Part shown: one piece after another, positions 54,873 through 64,000 of the stretch
Layout of the letters: every line of letters begins with the position of its first letter
How positions within the stretch are numbered: position 1 is the stretch's first letter
Assembly (NCBI GenBank): GCA_012965065.1
Contig: DTSX01000111.1
Coordinates: forward strand, 634 to 64,633
DNA length: 64,000 nt
Source: Gammaproteobacteria bacterium
GTDB lineage: Bacteria; Pseudomonadota; Gammaproteobacteria; Steroidobacterales; UBA11654
Direction of reading: 5' to 3'
Made by a program: the position numbers and the translations under genes
The notes under the pieces: model-generated
What the model was told of the DNA's origin: nothing
What the model saw: the letters and a program-made list of their open reading frames with translations, nothing else
Database searches by the model: none

Positions 54873-56331
54873 AGACCGAACAACAATAAATGATCCTGAT
54901 ATTGCACTCAGCAAAGCAAAATCGATTTTGTTGGATCCTTTTAACCTGGATGATCATGACTTAAGTCTAATGCTTTCAACTTTACTCTCCAGTGGCGGTG
55001 AGATGGGTGACATTTATTTTCAAGCCATTTCCCACGAATCATGGACATTGGAAGATCGTGAAGTAAAAAATTCTGTTCATTCGAATAGGCAAGGGGTTGG
55101 GTTTAGATCAATTCTGGGTGAAAAGTCAGGACTTGCTTATAGTGAAGTTTTTGAAAAAGAATCACTTTTACAGGCAGCTAAAGCTGCCGGCACTATTGCA
55201 ACAGACAGAAAACAAATGACCTATAGGGTTAATCCAAAAACGAGTCAGCAGATTTTATACCCGCTGTTAAACCCGATCAATTCATTGGTTGATGAAAACA
55301 AAGTAAAACTATTAAGATCAATTGATGCTTCAGCGAGAGCAAGAGATCATCGTGTCAAAGAAGTGGTGGCTATGCTTTCAGGGAATTACCAAGTCGTTCT
55401 TGTTGTTAGCCATGAAGGGGAGTTGAAAGCAGACATTAGACCGCTCGTCAGGCTCGGTGTAAGTGTTATTGTAGAAGCCAATGGGCGCAGAGAAAGAGGT
55501 TCCAGCGGCGGTGGAGGTCGGCATGGATACGAGTTTTTTGATCAGGATATGCTCAAAAATTATGCAGCAGAGGCTGTTGACCAAGCACTTATTAATTTAG
55601 AGGCAATTGATGCCCCTGCTGGAGAAATGACGGTGGTTTTAGGTTCTGGTTGGCCTGGGGTACTTGTCCATGAAGCAATAGGACATGGGTTGGAGGGTGA
55701 TTTTAATCGTAAGAAAACATCGGCTTTTTCTGGCTTGATGGGAGAGAAAGTGGCTTCATCAATTTGTACAGTAGTTGACGATGGTACTTTAGAGGGACAA
55801 AGAGGTTCATTGAACATCGACGATGAAGGAGAAGAGACACAACGAACAGTACTCATAGAAAACGGCAGGTTATGCAATTACATGCAGGATAAATTGAATG
55901 CAAAATTGATGGGTTCCCATTCTACAGGCAATGGACGCAGAGAATCTTATTCCACACAAACAATACCAAGAATGACCAACACATTTATGATGGCGGGACC
56001 ACATGAGCATGATGAAATTATTCAATCGGTTGATTCTGGCTTGTATGCAAAAAATTTTGGAGGAGGTCAGGTTGATATCACTTCTGGTAAGTTCGTCTTT
56101 TCGGCAAGTGAGGCATATTTAATCAAGCATGGAAAACTGGATGCACCAGTAAAAGGCGCAATGCTTATAGGCGATGGACCATCGGCACTTAAACAAATCT
56201 CCATGGTTGGTAATAATCTTGCTCTTGATCCAGGAGTTGGTAATTGTGGCAAGGAAGGTCAAACCATACCGGTCAATGTCGGGCAACCCACAATGAGAAT
56301 AGAGAATTTGACCGTTGGGGGAACCAATTAA
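54865..56331 (+). CDS. tldD: Metalloprotease TldD
   Basis: The ORF track start at 54811 is inside the hydrolase gene. The ATG at 54865 (ATGGCTGA overlap) gives 488 aa. Contains the HEAIGHGLE motif. Confidence 0.93.
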   Translation: MAEDRTTINDPDIALSKAKSILLDPFNLDDHDLSLMLSTLLSSGGEMGDIYFQAISHESWTLEDREVKNSVHSNRQGVGFRSILGEKSGLAYSEVFEKESLLQAAKAAGTIATDRKQMTYRVNPKTSQQILYPLLNPINSLVDENKVKLLRSIDASARARDHRVKEVVAMLSGNYQVVLVVSHEGELKADIRPLVRLGVSVIVEANGRRERGSSGGGGRHGYEFFDQDMLKNYAAEAVDQALINLEAIDAPAGEMTVVLGSGWPGVLVHEAIGHGLEGDFNRKKTSAFSGLMGEKVASSICTVVDDGTLEGQRGSLNIDDEGEETQRTVLIENGRLCNYMQDKLNAKLMGSHSTGNGRRESYSTQTIPRMTNTFMMAGPHEHDEIIQSVDSGLYAKNFGGGQVDITSGKFVFSASEAYLIKHGKLDAPVKGAMLIGDGPSALKQISMVGNNLALDPGVGNCGKEGQTIPVNVGQPTMRIENLTVGGTN

Positions 56332-56335
56332 AGAA

Positions 56336-56818
56336 TCAATCTAACTCCGATTCAAGAATTTTTTGTGCTTGTTTTTCTCTGTATGCTGAGATTCGGTCTG
56401 CGATGCTGGCATCGGTCAAGGCTAAGATTGCAGCTGCAAACAAGGCTGCGTTGATGGCTCCTGGTTTACCTAAAGCCATTGTTCCAACCGGAATGCCAGG
56501 AGGCATTTGAACGATTGACATCAATGCATCTAAACCATCTAAGGAACCCACTACCAAGGGGACACCAACAACCGGTATGGTGGTTTTTGCTGCTATCACA
56601 CCAGGCAGAGCTGCGGCAAGCCCAGCGCCTGCAATAATTACTTTGATTCCCTTTTCTTGTAACCCGGCACAGTACTCATCCAACAAGTCTGGTGTTCTGT
56701 GTGCCGATATCACTTTTGCTTCATGTTGGATACCGAGATTCGAAAGCATTTCTGCTGAATGAGACATAACGTCCCAGTCAGATTTTGAACCCATAATAAT
56801 GGCTACTTGAATATTCAT
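56336..56818 (-). CDS. purE: N5-carboxyaminoimidazole ribonucleotide mutase PurE
   Basis: 160 aa with VAIIMGSKSDWDVM, SAHRTPD and AGLAAALPGVIAAKTTIPVVGVP. Confidence 0.95.
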   Translation of the reverse strand: MNIQVAIIMGSKSDWDVMSHSAEMLSNLGIQHEAKVISAHRTPDLLDEYCAGLQEKGIKVIIAGAGLAAALPGVIAAKTTIPVVGVPLVVGSLDGLDALMSIVQMPPGIPVGTMALGKPGAINAALFAAAILALTDASIADRISAYREKQAQKILESELD

Positions 56819-56904
56819 TGAACAATTTTACAATGACTTATTTGTTGTGTCTAAGTAAGTTAAAATAAAACCGAGAAATAATTCTTTTAAATCCCTATTA
56901 GATC

Positions 56905-58227
56905 GTGAAAAAACAAACAATAGAATCTGAGGCAGAAGCAGCCCTCGTTCACGCTAAACAGTTAGGTGCTGATCAAGCAGCAGTCACTGTTTCTTCAGGA
57001 AAAGGATTTTCAGTTAAAGCTCAGAATAGGTCAATAGAAACCGTTGAGCATTATGAGGATCAGGCTTTCAGCATCACCGTTTTTGTAAAAAAATCAATGG
57101 GATCTGCAACCACAAACAATTTGTCAAAAGATTCTTTATTGGAAACAACTGAAAAGGCTTTGAGTTTAGCCAGTTTGACTGCAGCCGATGAATGTAATGG
57201 GTTGGCTGACTCAAACTTGATGGCAACAGAGCCCATTGATCTGGATCTTCATCACCCTTGGAAGCTTGATATGGGTAAAGCACAGACGATGGCTCTGGAA
57301 TGTGAACAAGCCGCTCTGGAGTCGGATCCCAAGGTTGATAATTCAGAAGGGGCTACCGTAGGGACATATGAGAGCCATTCTTTGTATGCAAATTCTCATG
57401 GGTTTGTCGGTGCAACAAATACCACAGGGCACACCATTAGCTGTACAGCCGTTGCCAGTGAGAACGGTTCTATGGAAATGGACTATGAATATTCTGCTGC
57501 TAGAAAGGCTGAGGATTTACTTGATCATGAAAAGATTGGTTATAAGGCTGGGATCCAAGCCTGTTCTCATTTGGGCGCGAGAAAAATCAAAACACAAAAA
57601 GCCCAAGTTTTATATTCACCTCGAGCGGCAAAAAGCTTGATCAGCCATATCACTGATGCAATCAGTGGAACCAGCCTGTATAGGAAAGCTTCCTTTTTAC
57701 TTGATAGTATGGATCAACATATTTGCCCTGATTATTTGACCATTACCGAACAGCCGCACCTCAAAAGTTCTTTTGGAAGCACCTATTTTGATGGTGAAGG
57801 GGTCAAAACAAAACCAAGGACTTTGGTCGAGCAAGGCGTCCTAAGAGGTTATCTGCTGTCAAGTTATTCTGCTAGGCGACTGGGTCTTACAACCACTGGG
57901 AATGCGGGAGGACATCACAACCTATTGATTGAGCCTACTTTATCTGGAGGATTGGAAGAGATCATAAGAACAATGACAACCGGTCTGGTTGTCACGGATT
58001 TAATTGGCTATGGTGTTAATATCGTAAACGGAGATTATTCTAGGGGGGCGAATGGTTTCTGGGTGGAGAATGGCGAAATACAATACCCAGTTAGTGAAAT
58101 AACAATTGCTGGAAATCTAAAAAATATATTGCAACAAATCTTAGTTATCGGCAATGATTGTGAAAGAAACAGCGCTATCCATTGTGGCAGCATACTTATT
58201 GATGACATGATGGTAGCGGGCCAGTGA
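56905..58227 (+). CDS. pmbA: Metalloprotease PmbA (TldE)
   Basis: 440 aa with a GTG start. PmbA/TldD-family pattern including the C-terminal GDYSRGANGFWVENGEIQYPV. Confidence 0.9.
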   Translation: MKKQTIESEAEAALVHAKQLGADQAAVTVSSGKGFSVKAQNRSIETVEHYEDQAFSITVFVKKSMGSATTNNLSKDSLLETTEKALSLASLTAADECNGLADSNLMATEPIDLDLHHPWKLDMGKAQTMALECEQAALESDPKVDNSEGATVGTYESHSLYANSHGFVGATNTTGHTISCTAVASENGSMEMDYEYSAARKAEDLLDHEKIGYKAGIQACSHLGARKIKTQKAQVLYSPRAAKSLISHITDAISGTSLYRKASFLLDSMDQHICPDYLTITEQPHLKSSFGSTYFDGEGVKTKPRTLVEQGVLRGYLLSSYSARRLGLTTTGNAGGHHNLLIEPTLSGGLEEIIRTMTTGLVVTDLIGYGVNIVNGDYSRGANGFWVENGEIQYPVSEITIAGNLKNILQQILVIGNDCERNSAIHCGSILIDDMMVAGQ

Positions 58228-58238
58228 GGAACTGATGC

Positions 58239-59459
58239 ATGTACAGAATTTTCTTAATCGCAAGCTTTTTGATCAGTTTTAATTTAGCGTATGGTCACGG
58301 TGCCGTTCAAAGAGCTTCAGAATTAACAGACAGTGATATTCGTCTGTTTGTAGCCGACAATATGGATGGCTCAGTGGTGACCATTGATTTCCCCGATGGA
58401 AAGATTATCAACCGCGTTTCAACGCCTCCATCCATCATGATTCTGGCTTTAAGCAGAAACAAACAATACATTTATGCGATGCGGGGAAGGGATACCGACC
58501 AAGACGTTGTCAGCATTATAACCACCGGATTTGATCCAGAACATAATCAATTCAGGAAGCCTCATGTCCTTAGGACCATTACGGTCGATACCCCAGGAGG
58601 TCCCAGAGACGATAAAATGGCAACGGTGGGCGGTTATGATGCGATTTTGACTGAAGGCAATGCAGAAATTGTAGTTTTACTGTCTGAGGTTATAGATGGC
58701 TTCTCCGAATTAAAAACGAGACGTTATAAGTTAGCAGCACCTGACCATTACCATTATTTAGAAGGTGAAACATATCTTTATATAGGGCATCTTTTTAACG
58801 GGTTTGTACAGGTACTTGATCGATCCTCAGGTGAAGAAGTGACGCGGATTGGAAAATGCCCAATGCTCCATGGAATGACCCGTGATGAGGAATCAGGAAG
58901 ACTGTTTTTTGCATGTGCTACTGAAGTTGTGGTTGTTGGAACACTGGGTGAGGAAAAAGCAAAAGAAATCTCTAGAATTCCTTATCCAGACAACACAGGT
59001 AGGGGGTGTGCGGCTTTCTTTAAAGGCAAAGAACGAGTGCAATGGTGTTACACAGAAGGAATCATACCAAGACTGTATCGACTGGATACATCAAGGGATA
59101 CTTACAAATTTGAAACCTTACCAGTTGAACCGTCGATTAAGCAAAACACTACACACGATGGAAAATATTTGATGGTATTGTCCAAGCAAGGTGTACTCTA
59201 TTTACTCGATGGACTGGATGGAAGCTTCATTAGGGAAATTGAAATATCAGAACCTTTTCTCGGGGATTGGTTTGAGGATGTTGGTAAAGCCATTCTCCCT
59301 GACATTGAATCGCATAATGGCACCGCCTACATTACTCTAACTCATGAGGGAAGAATTGCTGAAGTTGATTTGGAACAAGGAAAAGTTAACAGGTATATTG
59401 ATCTGGGTGGTTTCCCTACAAGAATTGTTCTTCTTTCTAAAGAATCCCTTGTGCAATAA
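58239..59459 (+). CDS. Secreted hypothetical protein, probable beta-propeller (YVTN/lactonase-like repeats)
   Basis: 406 aa with the signal peptide MYRIFLIASFLISFNLAYG. Shows recurring strand-turn patterns typical of propeller blades (LFVADNMDGSVVTIDFPDGKII, LMVLSKQGVLYLLDGLDGSFI, AYITLTHEGRIAEVDLEQGKV). GAGGA lies upstream, and the gene starts 11 nt after the pmbA stop. Confidence 0.55.
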   Translation: MYRIFLIASFLISFNLAYGHGAVQRASELTDSDIRLFVADNMDGSVVTIDFPDGKIINRVSTPPSIMILALSRNKQYIYAMRGRDTDQDVVSIITTGFDPEHNQFRKPHVLRTITVDTPGGPRDDKMATVGGYDAILTEGNAEIVVLLSEVIDGFSELKTRRYKLAAPDHYHYLEGETYLYIGHLFNGFVQVLDRSSGEEVTRIGKCPMLHGMTRDEESGRLFFACATEVVVVGTLGEEKAKEISRIPYPDNTGRGCAAFFKGKERVQWCYTEGIIPRLYRLDTSRDTYKFETLPVEPSIKQNTTHDGKYLMVLSKQGVLYLLDGLDGSFIREIEISEPFLGDWFEDVGKAILPDIESHNGTAYITLTHEGRIAEVDLEQGKVNRYIDLGGFPTRIVLLSKESLVQ

Positions 59460-59502
59460 TGGTATTCAATCAGGTCCTAGTTAACATAACAGAGGAAGCG
59501 CC

Positions 59503-59913
59503 ATGAAAATTAAGATCAAAAGTTTATTTTTAACCATGATCATGCTGCTAATGGGTATTCATTTCCAGTCGGATGTTTACGCTCACGCTGATCATGATAA
59601 AGATGCCAATGTTATAACAATGGCAGATATAGTCATCGGAATTCAGCACTATGCCACCGCAGAGGATCAAAAACATCTGCAGGCTATAGTGGACTCTGAT
59701 TCATCAACGGCAGACGAGAAAATAATAGCAACTGCCATTATAAATATTCAGCATCAAGCTACAGCGGGAGATAAACAGAAGTTGCAAGAGATTATTGTCA
59801 ATACGGCTCCAACTTCTACAGTAAGCGCTCTAGCTACTATTGTTCATGGGTTTTCTCACGGAATCTCTGTGGCGGATAAAAGAAAACTGCAAACAATAAA
59901 ATTCAAAGGTTAA
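59503..59913 (+). CDS. Secreted small protein with three 35-aa His-containing repeats
   Basis: 136 aa with a signal peptide ending VYA/HADHD. The repeats IQHYATAEDQKHLQAIV, IQHQATAGDKQKLQEII and FSHGISVADKRKLQTIK place a His at aa 49, 84 and 119. GAGGAAG lies upstream of the start. Confidence 0.6.
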   Translation: MKIKIKSLFLTMIMLLMGIHFQSDVYAHADHDKDANVITMADIVIGIQHYATAEDQKHLQAIVDSDSSTADEKIIATAIINIQHQATAGDKQKLQEIIVNTAPTSTVSALATIVHGFSHGISVADKRKLQTIKFKG

Positions 59914-59938
59914 GCCAGTACCAATTGTGATATTTGGT

Positions 59939-59967
59939 AGAACAACTGATTCGTAATCAGTTGTTCT
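59939..59967. terminator. Perfect 13-bp stem / 3-nt loop hairpin between convergent genes
   Basis: AGAACAACTGATT-CGT-AATCAGTTGTTCT. It lies 26 nt after the + strand stop at 59913 and overlaps the last four codons and stop of purC. Neither side has a clear U-tract. Confidence 0.45.
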
Positions 59968-60841
59968 TGCCTGTGATGATCTTGTAGGCGCTTTTATATT
60001 TTGCAGCGGTATTTTCAATGATGTCTTGAGGCAATTTAGGACCAGGTGCTGTCTTATCCCAATCCAGTGTTTCCAAATAGTCTCTGAGGTACTGCTTGTC
60101 AAAACTGGGCGGGCTGATGCCGAGTTGATAATCCTCAATGGCCCAGAATCTTGAAGAGTCTGGGGTTAGCACTTCATCAATAAGATACAATTTACCATTC
60201 TCGTCTAAACCGAATTCAAATTTAGTGTCGGCAATGATAATTCCACGTTTTTTGGCATGCTGGACTCCGTGGCTGTATAGAGCAAGGGCTAAATTTCTTA
60301 CCCGATTAGCAAGATCCTCGCCGAGAATATCCACGGTTGTTTCATACGTAATATTTTCATCGTGCTCACCAAATTCAGCTTTTGTCGCTGGGGTGTAAAT
60401 GGGTTCCGGGAGCTGAGCAGCCATTTGAAGATTGTCCTCCAATTCAATTCCACAGACTGAACCATTTGCTTGATAATCTTTCCATCCTGACCCAATTAAA
60501 TAACCCCTGACAACCGCTTCTATTGGCAGTGGGTGCAAGCGTTTGACCACCATGCTCCTTTTCTTGAAGTAATCAATTTCTGACTGATTTTGTATTAGAT
60601 CCTCCAGCATGAACTTATTACTGAGGTGGTTGGCTACAATGTTTTCTGTCTGCTCAAACCAAAAAAGAGACAATTGGGTTAGAACTTCTCCTTTATTTGG
60701 TATTGGATCGGGTAATACCACATCAAAGGCAGACATGCGATCACTTGTTACAAGCAAAATGTGATCCTGATCAATGGCATAAATATCCCTGACTTTTCCT
60801 TGAGCAACCAGATCTAGATTTTGAATTATTGGGGTATTCAT
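59957..60841 (-). CDS. purC: Phosphoribosylaminoimidazole-succinocarboxamide synthase
   Basis: 294 aa (long form) with GKVRDIY, TSDRMSAFD and ADTKFEFG motifs. Confidence 0.95.
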   Translation of the reverse strand: MNTPIIQNLDLVAQGKVRDIYAIDQDHILLVTSDRMSAFDVVLPDPIPNKGEVLTQLSLFWFEQTENIVANHLSNKFMLEDLIQNQSEIDYFKKRSMVVKRLHPLPIEAVVRGYLIGSGWKDYQANGSVCGIELEDNLQMAAQLPEPIYTPATKAEFGEHDENITYETTVDILGEDLANRVRNLALALYSHGVQHAKKRGIIIADTKFEFGLDENGKLYLIDEVLTPDSSRFWAIEDYQLGISPPSFDKQYLRDYLETLDWDKTAPGPKLPQDIIENTAAKYKSAYKIITGKNN

Positions 60842-60935
60842 CTAGGTATTCTATGAATTGCATCTTCTTTTATCAATAAGGTAGACTTCTCTGCCATAAC
60901 TGACTAAATTGCATGATAATATTGTTTATCGATAA

Positions 60936-61628
60936 TTGAGAGAAAGAGTTAGTTCAGTAGTGACAGATTACAAAATAGCACCATCCATACTATCTGCAGA
61001 TTTTGCCCGATTGGGCGAGGAGGTGGATGCGGTGCTCAATGCAGGTGCTGACATGGTTCATTTTGATGTCATGGACAATCACTACGTTCCAAATCTGACT
61101 TTTGGTCCGGTCATTTGTAAAGCACTCAGAAATTATGGTGTTGAGGCACCAATCGATGTCCACTTGATGGTCAACCCCGTAGACGAATTGATTATCAGTT
61201 TTGCTAAGGCCGGTGCAACTTATATCAGTTTTCACCCTGAGGCGACTGAAAACGTTGATCAAGCGATACAACTGATCAAAGATCAAGGGTGCAAGCCCGG
61301 GTTGGCAATCAACCCAGAAACTTCCCTAAACTGCTTAGAAAATTGTCTAAAAAATATTGATCTAATTATCATGATGTCTGTCAATCCTGGGTTTGCAGCA
61401 CAAAGTTTTATCCCTGAAGTTTTGCAAAAATTGGAACGGGCAAGAGAGTTAATTACTCAGTGCGAAAAAGAAGTTTTACTCGAAATTGATGGCGGGGTGA
61501 AGGTCAATAATATCCAAGAAATAGCAAGCCATGGGGCCGATGTATTCGTTTCTGGTTCAGGCATCTTTGGTACTGAAAATTACCAAGAAACCATTGATCA
61601 GATGAGACAAGAATTATCGGTGCTATAA
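60936..61628 (+). CDS. rpe: Ribulose-phosphate 3-epimerase
   Basis: Contains [33 protein letters not shown] and VNPGF. The ORF track uses the TTG at 60936. The GTG at 60960 would give an E. coli-like N-terminus, so the start is uncertain. Confidence 0.93.
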   Translation: MRERVSSVVTDYKIAPSILSADFARLGEEVDAVLNAGADMVHFDVMDNHYVPNLTFGPVICKALRNYGVEAPIDVHLMVNPVDELIISFAKAGATYISFHPEATENVDQAIQLIKDQGCKPGLAINPETSLNCLENCLKNIDLIIMMSVNPGFAAQSFIPEVLQKLERARELITQCEKEVLLEIDGGVKVNNIQEIASHGADVFVSGSGIFGTENYQETIDQMRQELSVL

Positions 61629-61715
61629 ACCACCCATGGATAGCTAAGATTTCATTGAAAAAATCAAGTCATATGAGTAGACTAGCGTCCTTTCAGCAAG
61701 ATTTAGATATTTAGG

Positions 61716-62144
61716 ATGAAAACATTTTCTGCAAAAAACCATGACATTGACAGGAATTGGTACCTTGTTGATGCACAAAATAAGACTTTGGGAAGATTAT
61801 CCACAGAGATCGCTAGCCGTTTACGCGGCAAGCACAAGCCAATTTACACACCTCATGTCGATACCGGTGACTACATCGTGGTTGTCAATGCGTCCAAAAT
61901 TCGAGTGACTGGTAACAAAATGACCGATAAAATATACTACAAACACTCAGGCTACATTGGTAATTTAAAATCAGAAAATCTTGAGACCATGCTGGAAAAA
62001 TACCCTGAAAAAGTCCTTATGAAGTCAGTAAGAGGAATGTTGCCAAAAAGTAAACTTGGCAGGGCCATGATCAAAAAATTAAGAGTTTTTGCAGGACCAG
62101 AGCACACTCATATCGCTCAACAGCCAGAACCTTTGGAGTTGTAA
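61716..62144 (+). CDS. rplM: 50S ribosomal protein L13
   Basis: 142 aa with [28 protein letters not shown]. Confidence 0.98.
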   Translation: MKTFSAKNHDIDRNWYLVDAQNKTLGRLSTEIASRLRGKHKPIYTPHVDTGDYIVVVNASKIRVTGNKMTDKIYYKHSGYIGNLKSENLETMLEKYPEKVLMKSVRGMLPKSKLGRAMIKKLRVFAGPEHTHIAQQPEPLEL

Positions 62145-62154
62145 AGGATTAGTT

Positions 62155-62547
62155 ATGGCATCTGAAGTCTTCTACGGTACAGGCAGGCGAAAAACATCCA
62201 CAGCTCGTGTTTTTATTCAAAAGGGCAAAGGCAAGATTACTGTTAACAAAGAGCTACTGGATAAATATTTTGATAGAGAAACCGCAAGAATGATTGTTAG
62301 GCAACCACTTGAGCAGGCGGAACTGCTTAACAAAATAGACGTCAGCGCAACAGTCAAAGGCGGTGGGGGCAGTGGTCAGGCTGGAGCAATACGCCATGGC
62401 TTGAGCAGAGCATTGCTGCAGTACGATGAAAACTTGAGACAAATATTGAGAGAACGGGGCTTTTTAACTAGAGACGCCCGCAAAGTTGAGCGCAAAAAAG
62501 TAGGCTTGAAGAAGGCCCGAAAAGCAACGCAATATTCCAAACGTTAA
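62155..62547 (+). CDS. rpsI: 30S ribosomal protein S9
   Basis: The ORF track start at 62089 is inside rplM. The ATG at 62155 gives 130 aa ([15 protein letters not shown] ... ending [19 protein letters not shown]). Confidence 0.96.
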   Translation: MASEVFYGTGRRKTSTARVFIQKGKGKITVNKELLDKYFDRETARMIVRQPLEQAELLNKIDVSATVKGGGGSGQAGAIRHGLSRALLQYDENLRQILRERGFLTRDARKVERKKVGLKKARKATQYSKR

Positions 62548-63458
62548 TCCGCAACAACTTCCACCATTTTCTTTTGCAGGCCCACCTCTGGGATAGGCCC
62601 AATGCCTCCGATGAGGTTGTCGATCATATGGGCCGGATTTGACGTTGCAGGTATTACCGTGGTTACAGCCTGATTGGCCAAGATAAATTTTAAAAAAAAT
62701 TGTGACCAAGTGTTCACGTTGTATTCATAGGTCCAACTGGGCAATTTCTTTCTAGCTACTGCTTTAAAAAGCTTGCCTCTCATAAAGGGTCTGTTAATCA
62801 AAGTTGCTACTCCCTTTTCCCTGCAAAGTGGCAGCAATCTTTTTTCTGCTTCTCTTTCCTCGAGTGAATAATTAAATTGGGCAAAGTCTATGCGCTCTTT
62901 TGTGATAATTTTTTCGATTTGATTAAATGCATTTGATCTAAAATGACTTATACCAATGTAATTTATTTTCCCTTGTTCCTTCCATTCATACAGAGTTTTT
63001 ATGTGTGTTTTCCAGTCAAGTAAATTATGAATTTGCATTAAATCGATGACTGCTTTATTCAATTTCTTAGAAGATGCATTCATCTGTATTTCCCCTGCTT
63101 CTTTGCCTTCTATCCATACCTTTGTTGCCAAAAACAGCCGATCATTTATTTTCAGATCTTGAGCGATTTTTCCGGTTACTTCCTCCGCTCTGCCATACAT
63201 GGGGGAGGTGTCGATTAAACTGCCACCATGGTCAAGCAAGGCCTTTACAATCTCTTTTCTTGGATTTAGTGATTTTTCAGAGAGGTTGGTGTCAAAGACT
63301 CTCGATGTCCCCAATCCAATAACGGGTAACAATTCTCCTGTCGATGGGATGATTCTCCGAGCCATGTAATTTTTTGCATCGGTTGCTTGCAAAGCTATTG
63401 AAGGGGTGAGGCTGGATACTCCCACGACTTTAAGGACCGTTCTTCTTGATGTTTTCAT
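62544..63458 (-). CDS. Aldo/keto reductase with a twin-arginine (Tat) signal peptide
   Basis: 304 aa. The N-terminal [25 protein letters not shown] fits S/T-R-R-x-F-L-K plus an AxA site. The remainder is AKR-like ([18 protein letters not shown]). Its start overlaps the rpiA stop (ATGA). Confidence 0.8.
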   Translation of the reverse strand: MKTSRRTVLKVVGVSSLTPSIALQATDAKNYMARRIIPSTGELLPVIGLGTSRVFDTNLSEKSLNPRKEIVKALLDHGGSLIDTSPMYGRAEEVTGKIAQDLKINDRLFLATKVWIEGKEAGEIQMNASSKKLNKAVIDLMQIHNLLDWKTHIKTLYEWKEQGKINYIGISHFRSNAFNQIEKIITKERIDFAQFNYSLEEREAEKRLLPLCREKGVATLINRPFMRGKLFKAVARKKLPSWTYEYNVNTWSQFFLKFILANQAVTTVIPATSNPAHMIDNLIGGIGPIPEVGLQKKMVEVVAD

Positions 63459-64000
63459 CGATTTTCTAGGGTGAGTACCCCGTTGGATTGACCAATCAGC
63501 ACCACATCTGCTGGTTTAATAGCAAAAATGCCATTGGTAACAACACCAGCAATATTATTAATTTGTTTTTCCAATTGCGGAGGGTCAACGATGGTCAAGT
63601 TGTGAACATCAAGAATAAAATTTCCATTGTCGGTAACGAAATTGTGTCTCAGTTCTGGTTGTCCACCAAGACGAATGATCTCTCTGGAGATGTAAGACTT
63701 TGCCATTGGGATTACTTCAATTGGAAGCGGGTATTTTCCCAAGACATCAACAATTTTTGAGCTATCAACGATGCAAATTATTTTCCTTGAAGCCGCGACT
63801 AGGATTTTTTCTCTAGTCAGAGCACCACCTCCACCTTTGGTCATGTAAAAATTACGAGTGACTTCATCCGCACCGTCTATGTATAGGTCTGGGGAGCCAA
63901 CATTAGAGAGTTCATCAACTACAAACCCAGCGTGCTTAAGCTTATCTGTCGTATCCTCTGAGCTGGAGACCAATGCTTTAATGTTGTGCTTAACTTTCTT
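63455..64000 (-). CDS. rpiA: Ribose-5-phosphate isomerase A (5' end beyond the window)
   Basis: Aligns to E. coli RpiA from about aa 45 onward (VSSSE..., DGADEV, KGGGGALTREKI, PLPIEVIPMA). The frame stays open to base 64000, so the track start at 63973 is artificial. Confidence 0.93.
   Translation of the reverse strand, partial: KKVKHNIKALVSSSEDTTDKLKHAGFVVDELSNVGSPDLYIDGADEVTRNFYMTKGGGGALTREKILVAASRKIICIVDSSKIVDVLGKYPLPIEVIPMAKSYISREIIRLGGQPELRHNFVTDNGNFILDVHNLTIVDPPQLEKQINNIAGVVTNGIFAIKPADVVLIGQSNGVLTLENR

Noticed and set aside
56336-56818. purE stands alone, with no adjacent purK
   Set aside because: purK may simply be encoded elsewhere. A single window cannot show absence, and class I versus class II PurE cannot be distinguished reliably by eye.
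60856-60914. Direct repeat of AATTGCAT (60856-60863 and 60907-60914) in the purC-rpe divergent spacer
   Set aside because: An 8-mer repeated once in a 94-nt AT-rich spacer is within chance expectation, and it matches no known operator that I recognise (for example the PurR box).

Overview
The window is AT-rich (by eye under about 40% GC), very compact, and reads as core gammaproteobacterial chromosome. The gene order closely follows E. coli. I saw no mobile elements, integrases, CRISPR arrays or rRNA genes. All protein identities come from conserved motifs and remembered E. coli orthologs and synteny, because no database search was possible. Layout: (1) 1-31,980, all on the + strand: plsY, birA, a thrU-tyrU-glyT-thrT-like tRNA cluster, tuf, tRNA-Trp, secE, nusG, rplKAJL, rpoBC, rpsL-rpsG-fusA, then the S10, spc and alpha ribosomal clusters through rplQ with no break. 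rpmJ is missing from the ORF track. (2) 32-44.9 kb: trpS, uvrA(-)/ssb, miaB-ybeZ-ybeY-corC-lnt and leuS-lptE. (3) 44.9-50.1 kb: a block that interrupts the usual leuS-lptE-holA string. It holds tdk, a convergent 2OG-Fe(II) oxygenase plus CNT/NupC nucleoside transporter operon, cysS, a SufE-like gene, yidD and a Trm112-like gene. (4) 50.1-64 kb: holA-rsfS-rlmH, a half-length YhdP-like protein, a C-N hydrolase, tldD, purE(-), pmbA, two secreted proteins of unknown function, purC(-), rpe, rplM-rpsI, a Tat-signal aldo/keto reductase(-) and a 5'-truncated rpiA(-). Most of the window is ordinary. The items worth a second look are: a 75-aa acidic tandem-repeat tail on ribosomal protein L3; an odd 235-nt structured spacer between rpsJ and rplC while other leader spacers are gone; the tdk/transporter/oxygenase module; the secreted propeller-like protein paired with a three-repeat His protein downstream of pmbA; and the truncated YhdP-like protein. 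I found no clear novel multi-gene system, and every functional idea for the unknown genes is inference.
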